Shown piece by piece: positions 34,974 to 41,320 of a stretch of DNA of 41,320 bases. Source of the stretch: an uncultured Methylomarinum sp. (lineage in GTDB: Bacteria > Pseudomonadota > Gammaproteobacteria > Methylococcales > Methylomonadaceae); NCBI GenBank assembly GCA_964568245.1, contig CAZMQH010000001.1, forward strand, positions 1 to 41,320. Direction: 5' to 3'. The notes below the pieces were generated by a model. It was not told where the DNA came from. It saw only the letters and a list, made by a program, of their open reading frames with translations, and searched no databases. Position numbers and translations under genes: made by a program. Numbering within the stretch: the first letter of the stretch is position 1; every line of letters starts with the position of its first letter.

Positions 34974-35981
34974 ATGTTTAAAATTCGTTCGCTAGTTACT
35001 GCTTTGGCACTTGCTGGTTCAGCTTCTGTTGTATTTGCTCAGGCATTGCCGACAAAAGCACCAGCACCAGCAGATAATCCTACCACTGCTGAAAAAGTAG
35101 CTTTAGGTAAAATGTTGTATCATGATCCTCGTTTATCATCGTCTGGCACGGTGTCTTGTGCATCTTGCCATAATACAATGTTAGGTGGTGAAGATAATCG
35201 TGCTGGCTCAGTGGGTGTAGAAGGTCAGGTTGGTGGACGTAGTGCGCCAACAGTTTGGAACTCTGCATTTAATAAAGTTCAATTCTGGGACGGTCGTGCG
35301 GCTAGTTTAGAAGAGCAAGCTGCAGGCCCAGTAACAAATCCTATTGAAATGGGAATGAAAAGCTGGGATGAGGTAGTTGTTCGTTTGGAAGCGATTGAAG
35401 GCTATCAAGTAGCTTTTGCTAAGGCTTTTGGTAAAAATGCAATTTCTAAAGATACAGCGACTAAAGCGATTGCTGCTTACGAAAGAACATTAATTACTCC
35501 GAATAGTCCTTATGATAAGTATGTAAAAGGTAATAAGTCAGCGATGACTAAGCAGCAAATTCGTGGTATGAATAAAGCGGTTGAATTAGGGTGTGTTGCT
35601 TGCCATAGTGGTCCTGCTTTTAATGGTCCGGGTGTATTCCAAAAATTCCCAGTAATCAGTAATGGTTATTTTGAAGCGCAATACGGCTTTAAAGATGATA
35701 AAGGTTTAGCTGAGGTTACTAAAAATGCAGCTGATGAGCATATGTGGAAAGTGCCTACATTGCGAAATATTGCTTTAACTGCACCCTATTTCCATAATGG
35801 TAGTGTTAAAACTTTAGAGAAAGCAGTTAAATTAATGGCTAAATTACAATTAGGTCAAGATTTACCTAAATCTGATATTGCTGATATTGTTGCTTTCTTA
35901 GATGCGTTAACAGGTGAGTTCCCTAAGCAAGAAATGCCTGTATTGCCTGTTGGTACAATAGGAACTACATTTAATAAATAA
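34974..35981 (+). CDS. ccp: di-haem cytochrome c peroxidase (CCP/MauG family)
   Basis: It has a signal peptide and two CxxCH motifs (CASCH, CVACH). The PTLRN and APYFHNGS motifs are also present. Confidence 0.92.
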   Translation: MFKIRSLVTALALAGSASVVFAQALPTKAPAPADNPTTAEKVALGKMLYHDPRLSSSGTVSCASCHNTMLGGEDNRAGSVGVEGQVGGRSAPTVWNSAFNKVQFWDGRAASLEEQAAGPVTNPIEMGMKSWDEVVVRLEAIEGYQVAFAKAFGKNAISKDTATKAIAAYERTLITPNSPYDKYVKGNKSAMTKQQIRGMNKAVELGCVACHSGPAFNGPGVFQKFPVISNGYFEAQYGFKDDKGLAEVTKNAADEHMWKVPTLRNIALTAPYFHNGSVKTLEKAVKLMAKLQLGQDLPKSDIADIVAFLDALTGEFPKQEMPVLPVGTIGTTFNK

Positions 35982-35990
35982 TTGTTGGTT

Positions 35991-36018
35991 GTAGAGACAA
36001 GGCATGTCTTGTCTCTAC
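35991..36018. terminator. perfect 11-bp stem-loop between convergent ccp and the ppdK relic (REP-like, possible terminator)
   Basis: GTAGAGACAAG (35991-36001), a 6-nt loop, then CTTGTCTCTAC (36008-36018). No T-run follows, so this is not a canonical intrinsic terminator. Confidence 0.35.
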
Positions 36019-36031
36019 CTCGAAACTGGGC

Positions 36032-36885
36032 TTAATGCTTGGTTTCAAGAAGCTTAGCATGTGCTGTTGCTAATCTGGCAATTGGTATCCTCGGTGCAGA
36101 GCATGAGGCATAATCAAGTTTTATATCGTGACAAAAATTAATTGATTTAGGGTGTCCGCCCTGTTCACCACCTATTCGATGCTTATATCTGGCCGAGTTC
36201 CCCAGCCTAGATTAACCGTTAATTTCATTAATTCGCCAGCGCCTTTGATATCAAGAACTTCAAAAGGATTGTCTTATAAAAGTTTGGCATTTTCATATAA
36301 AGGTAGAAATTTGTTTTCTGCATTTTCACGAGAGAATGAAAATGTTGCCTAGATTAAATTATTCGTACCAAAGGAAAATAATTCAGCTTCTTCAGCTAAA
36401 TGTCCTGCCCTAGTGCATACACAAACAGTCTCAATCATTGAGCCAAATTTTCATCATTAATATTAAGAGCAACTTTGCCAAATAAGTGAATGAATCGTCT
36501 ATATGCATCATAAGTAAATCTAGGATTGTTGGTTTGCGATATAAGGCTTGTTAGTGAGTCCTAGGTTTAAAACCGTATCCATCATCCCAGGCATTGAAAT
36601 GGCTGAGCCTGAGTGAACTGAAACTAGAAGAGGGTCATTGCTTCCTCCAAAGGTTTTTCCAGTTTGTTTTTCAATGTTTTGAATTTGTTGCTTAATTTCA
36701 GTTATCAGGGGGAGATAAAGCATTGCTCAGTATGTAGCTTAGGCAAGTGTCGGTACTGATAATAAATCATGGGGGATATTAAGGCTGGTTTATGCCATTT
36801 CGCTAAGGTGGTCACCTTTGCCACCTAGTAAAGCTTTGTTTTTGCCAGCACCTTCAAGGAAAGAATAGCAATGTACGGAAGATAT
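36032..36885 (-). pseudogene. ppdK: pyruvate, phosphate dikinase relic with a large internal deletion, in-frame stops and a frameshift
   Basis: The minus-strand translation gives YSFLEGAGKNKALLGGKGDHLSEMA*..., then ...GKTFGGSNDPLLVSVHSGSAISMPGMMDTVLNLGL... and FTYDAYRRFI. These match PPDK residues ~1-165. It then jumps to MIETVCVCTRAGHLAEEAELFSFGTNNLI*ATFSFSRENAENKFL...DNPFEVLDIKGAGELMKL. After a frameshift it continues IGGEQGGHPKSINFCHDIKLDYASCSAPRIPIARLATAHA, the PPDK C-terminus. Only about 0.85 kb remains, whereas intact ppdK genes are roughly 2.7 kb. Confidence 0.85.
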
Positions 36886-36910
36886 GATATTTACCTGTTG
36901 ATAATAAGGA

Positions 36911-37060
36911 ACTTACAAGTAATAAATATACCCACCTTGCTTGTCTTTTTGTTTCTGCTTGAATTATCTCAATCGTTGCATAGAATAACTATGCGCCTCT
37001 TGAGATAATTCAAGCAGAAACAAAAACCTTTCATATTGTGAGTATATTTATTAATTGCAA
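36911..37060. repeat. ~150-bp nested palindromic element (copy C) with a perfect 27-bp inverted repeat
   Basis: TTTTTGTTTCTGCTTGAATTATCTCAA (36946-36972) and TTGAGATAATTCAAGCAGAAACAAAAA (37000-37026) are perfectly complementary around a 27-nt loop. The outer arms CTTACAAGTAATAAATATACCCAC (36912-36935) and GTGAGTATATTTATTAATTGCAAG (37038-37061) match at about 21 of 24 positions. Confidence 0.8.
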
Positions 37061-37214
37061 GCCCCTGAGTGAAATAGGTTGCTAGTGACGGGTGTTGGTC
37101 TATGCTAATACTAATTGAGTATATTTTAATTTAACTCAATTTAGATGATTTTAATGGGGTTTTTATAATTGATGTTTTTGAAGGGTTGATTGATTGAGAA
37201 AAAACCCCAAATTG

Positions 37215-37223
37215 TGGTATAAT
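37215..37223 (+). promoter_or_regulatory. candidate extended -10 promoter for the nqr operon
   Basis: TGGTATAAT fits the TGnTATAAT pattern and lies 87 nt upstream of the nqrA ATG. No good -35 element is visible. Confidence 0.4.
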
Positions 37224-37243
37224 AGAAGAGTTTTACGTCTTAA

Positions 37244-38655
<1,412 letters not shown>

Positions 38656-38656
<1 letters not shown>

Positions 38657-39858
38657 TGTCGGCTAGAGATATTTTAGATAGCATAGAGCCGCATTTTACG
38701 AAAGGCGGTAAACTAGAAAGGTACTATGGTCTGTATGAGATGGTAGATACTTTTATATACACACCGTCTGATGTAACACGCGGCACAACACATGTTCGTG
38801 ATGGTAATGACCTGAAACGTACAATGACATTTGTTGTAATCGCAACATTGTTTTGTATTTTAATGGCAATGTATAACACAGGTTACCAAGCTAACTTGGC
38901 GATAGAAGCTATGGGCTTAGCTGAAACAACAAGCTGGCGTAGTATTCCTATGTCACTATTAGGCTATAACCCAATGAACCCGTTTTCTAATATGGTTCAT
39001 GGCGCGTTATTCTTTTTACCTATTTACCTTGTTACTTTAGCTGTCGGTGGTATTTGGGAAGTTTTATTTGCTACCGTTCGTGGTCATGAAGTAAACGAAG
39101 GGTTTTTGGTTTCATCAATGTTATACACATTGATTCTGCCACCTGATATTCCTTTATGGCAAGTTGCCCTGGGTATTTCTTTCGGTATTGTTATTGGTAA
39201 AGAAGTGTTCGGTGGAACAGGTAAAAACTTTTTAAACCCAGCTTTAACGGGTCGTGCATTTTTATTCTTTGCCTACCCAGCAGCGATTTCAGGTGATATG
39301 GCTTGGGTTGGTGTTGATGGCTACACCATGGCAACACCTTTAGGTCTTGCGGCTCAAGGTGGTTTAGATGCAGTTAATGCAGCAGGTTATTCTTGGTTTC
39401 AATCTTTCCTAGGTTTTATTCCAGGATCAATTGGTGAAACATCTACCCTAGCGATCTTTATTGGCGCAGCGTTTTTACTTTATACCCGTATTGCTTCATA
39501 CAGAATTATGGGGGGGGTATTGCTAGGCATGATTGCAACATCAGTGATGTTCAATATGATTGGTAGTGATACTAACCCTATGTTTGCATTTCCTTTCTAC
39601 TGGCATTTAACGGTTGGTGGTTTTGCTTTTGGTATGGTTTATATGGCGACTGACCCAGTAGGCGCAGCAATGACTGATACAGGTCGTTGGATTTTTGGCG
39701 CATTAATTGGTGTGATGGTTGTATTAGTTCGTGTGGTAAATCCAGCTTTCCCAGAAGGCATGATGTTGTCGATTTTATTTGCCAATATGTTTGCCCCTGT
39801 TATTGATTATTTTGTCGTTCAGGCAAATATTAAGAGAAGGATGAATCGTCATGTCTAA
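38656..39858 (+). CDS. nqrB: Na(+)-translocating NADH-quinone reductase subunit B
   Basis: 400-aa polytopic protein with the [17 protein letters not shown] motif. The FMN-attachment region is [15 protein letters not shown] overlap links it to nqrA. Confidence 0.95.
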
Positions 39859-40708
39859 TGGAATAAAAGAACGCTTAGATAAGTGTGAGCATTACCAAAA
39901 GTTTGATGCTTATAAAGAAAAAATTTTAGCACTGGGCAATGATAGTTTAGAAAAAACCATTGCTGTTGCGTTAGCGCTTTGTTTTGTTTGTGCTATTTTG
40001 GTTTCATTTGCAGCGGTTGCTTTAAGACCGTTACAAATTGAAAACAAAGCCTTGGATATGAAGAAGAATATTCTTGAAGTTGCAGGCCTGTTAGAAGAAG
40101 GTACAGATATTAATAAAGCTTTCGCGAGTAAAATCGAAGAAAAGCTAGTTGATATTGAAACAGGTGACTATGTTGAAGGGTTGGATGTAGCAACTTACGA
40201 TCAACGTAAGGCAGCTAAAGATCCAGCACAAAACATTAATATTGCAACAGCAGATGATATAGCCAGTATTAAACGTAAAGCTAAAATAGCTAAAGTTTAT
40301 TTGGTTAAAAATGGTGATGCAATTGAGTCAATTATCTTACCTATGCATGGCTATGGTTTATGGTCAACAATGTATGGTTTCCTAGCTTTAGAAGCTGATG
40401 GTCAAACAGTTAAAAGCATTAACTTTTACGATCAAGCGGAAACACCTGGGCTGGGCGGGGAAGTTGTTAACCCTAATTGGCGTGCATTGTGGAAAGGTAA
40501 AAAAGTTTACGCAGAATCAGGTGAAGTTGAGCTGGGCTTGATTAAAGGTGTTGTTAATACATCAAGACCAGGTTCTGAATATAATGTTGATGGTTTAGCT
40601 GGTGCAACACTAACGAGTTTAGGTGTTTCTAATCTTGTTAAGTATTGGATGAGTAATCAAGGTTTCTCTACTTATCTTGATAAAGTCAGAACTAAAGGGG
40701 AGGGCTGA
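39851..40708 (+). CDS. nqrC: Na(+)-translocating NADH-quinone reductase subunit C
   Basis: It has a single TM helix ([22 protein letters not shown]) and the FMN-attachment motif GLAGATLTS. It overlaps nqrB by 8 nt. The N-terminus is about 25 aa longer than I recall for Vibrio NqrC. Confidence 0.92.
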   Translation: MSNGIKERLDKCEHYQKFDAYKEKILALGNDSLEKTIAVALALCFVCAILVSFAAVALRPLQIENKALDMKKNILEVAGLLEEGTDINKAFASKIEEKLVDIETGDYVEGLDVATYDQRKAAKDPAQNINIATADDIASIKRKAKIAKVYLVKNGDAIESIILPMHGYGLWSTMYGFLALEADGQTVKSINFYDQAETPGLGGEVVNPNWRALWKGKKVYAESGEVELGLIKGVVNTSRPGSEYNVDGLAGATLTSLGVSNLVKYWMSNQGFSTYLDKVRTKGEG

Positions 40709-40710
40709 TC

Positions 40711-41320
40711 ATGAGTGAAGCTATAGATACTAAAAAAATATTGACCGATCCACTGGTCAATAACAACCCGATTACCTTACAAGTACTGGGGATTTGTTCG
40801 GCGTTGGCGGTAACTTCGCAAATGTCTACATCGTTAATTATGGCGGTTGCTTTAACAGCAGTAACAGCCTGTTCAAGTGCTGCGATTAGCTCGATTAGAA
40901 ATCATATTCCAGGCAGTATTCGTATTATTGTACAAATGACAATTATTGCTTCATTAGTAATTGTTGTTGATCAAGTGCTTAAAGCCTTTGCTTATGATGT
41001 TAGCAAGCAACTATCAGTATTTGTTGGTTTGATTATTACCAACTGTATTGTTATGGGTAGAGCTGAAGCCTATGCGATGAAAAACCCACCGATGGCCAGC
41101 TTTATTGATGGTATTGGTAACGGTGCAGGTTATAGTTTAATCTTAATTATTGTTGCATTTTTTAGAGAGTTGTTTGGTTCAGGTAAATTGTTGGGAATAG
41201 AGATTTTTCCATTAACAAAAGATGGCGGTTGGTACGAACCAAACGGTCTTATGTTATTACCACCCAGTGCATTCTTTATTATTGGCATATTGATCTGGTC
41301 TTTCCGTCAATGGAAACCAG
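40711..41320 (+). CDS. nqrD: Na(+)-translocating NADH-quinone reductase subunit D (3' end cut by the window)
   Basis: The ATG at 40711 lies 2 nt after the nqrC stop. The open frame runs to the window end and reads [36 protein letters not shown]...[17 protein letters not shown], typical of NqrD/RnfE. It is missing from the ORF track because no stop codon is reached. Confidence 0.92.
   Translation, partial: MSEAIDTKKILTDPLVNNNPITLQVLGICSALAVTSQMSTSLIMAVALTAVTACSSAAISSIRNHIPGSIRIIVQMTIIASLVIVVDQVLKAFAYDVSKQLSVFVGLIITNCIVMGRAEAYAMKNPPMASFIDGIGNGAGYSLILIIVAFFRELFGSGKLLGIEIFPLTKDGGWYEPNGLMLLPPSAFFIIGILIWSFRQWKP

Noticed and set aside
36152-36352. 66-aa plus-strand ORF
   Set aside because: It is antisense to the C-terminal part of the ppdK relic and is a chance ORF.
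36520-36723. 67-aa minus-strand ORF called as a separate gene
   Set aside because: It is simply the longest open piece of the decayed ppdK (the PLLVSV..SMPGMMDTVLNLGL segment), not a functional small gene.

Overview
AT-rich gammaproteobacterial chromosomal segment, mostly core housekeeping genes. All family calls come from reading motifs by eye, since no searches could be run. In order, the window holds: (1) three poorly characterised ORFs, ending in an orphan Wzz/GumC-like polysaccharide co-polymerase with an unusual C-terminal domain, followed by a canonical pterin-4a-carbinolamine dehydratase; (2) recN and nadK on the minus strand; (3) rpsF-rpsR-(membrane protein)-rplI; (4) the LPS core genes hldD and waaA; (5) a pedA1A2BC-like quartet of binding protein, YVTN beta-propeller and ABC-2 transporter; (6) a 529-aa unknown protein and a small acidic-repeat membrane protein; (7) tRNA-Gly/Cys/Gly; (8) mfd, csiV-like and DUF1289 genes; (9) miaB-ybeZ-ybeY-corC; (10) an orphan 269-aa secretin-like protein; (11) divergent glycogen genes glgB-glgA and glgC-malQ; (12) a di-haem cytochrome c peroxidase; (13) a decayed ppdK relic; (14) nqrABCD, cut by the window end. 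I found no CRISPR array, no transposase, no recombinase with an intact active site, and no recognisable defence or toxin-antitoxin module. The noncoding DNA carries a family of palindromic REP/MITE-like elements at 3631-3776, 11822-11940 and 36911-37060, plus fragments. The best candidates for something undescribed are the co-polymerase/pseudo-recombinase fusion (1207..3195), the mini-secretin (27248..28057) and the 529-aa/198-aa pair (15891..18531). None of these forms an obvious multi-gene system, and all need profile and structure searches.
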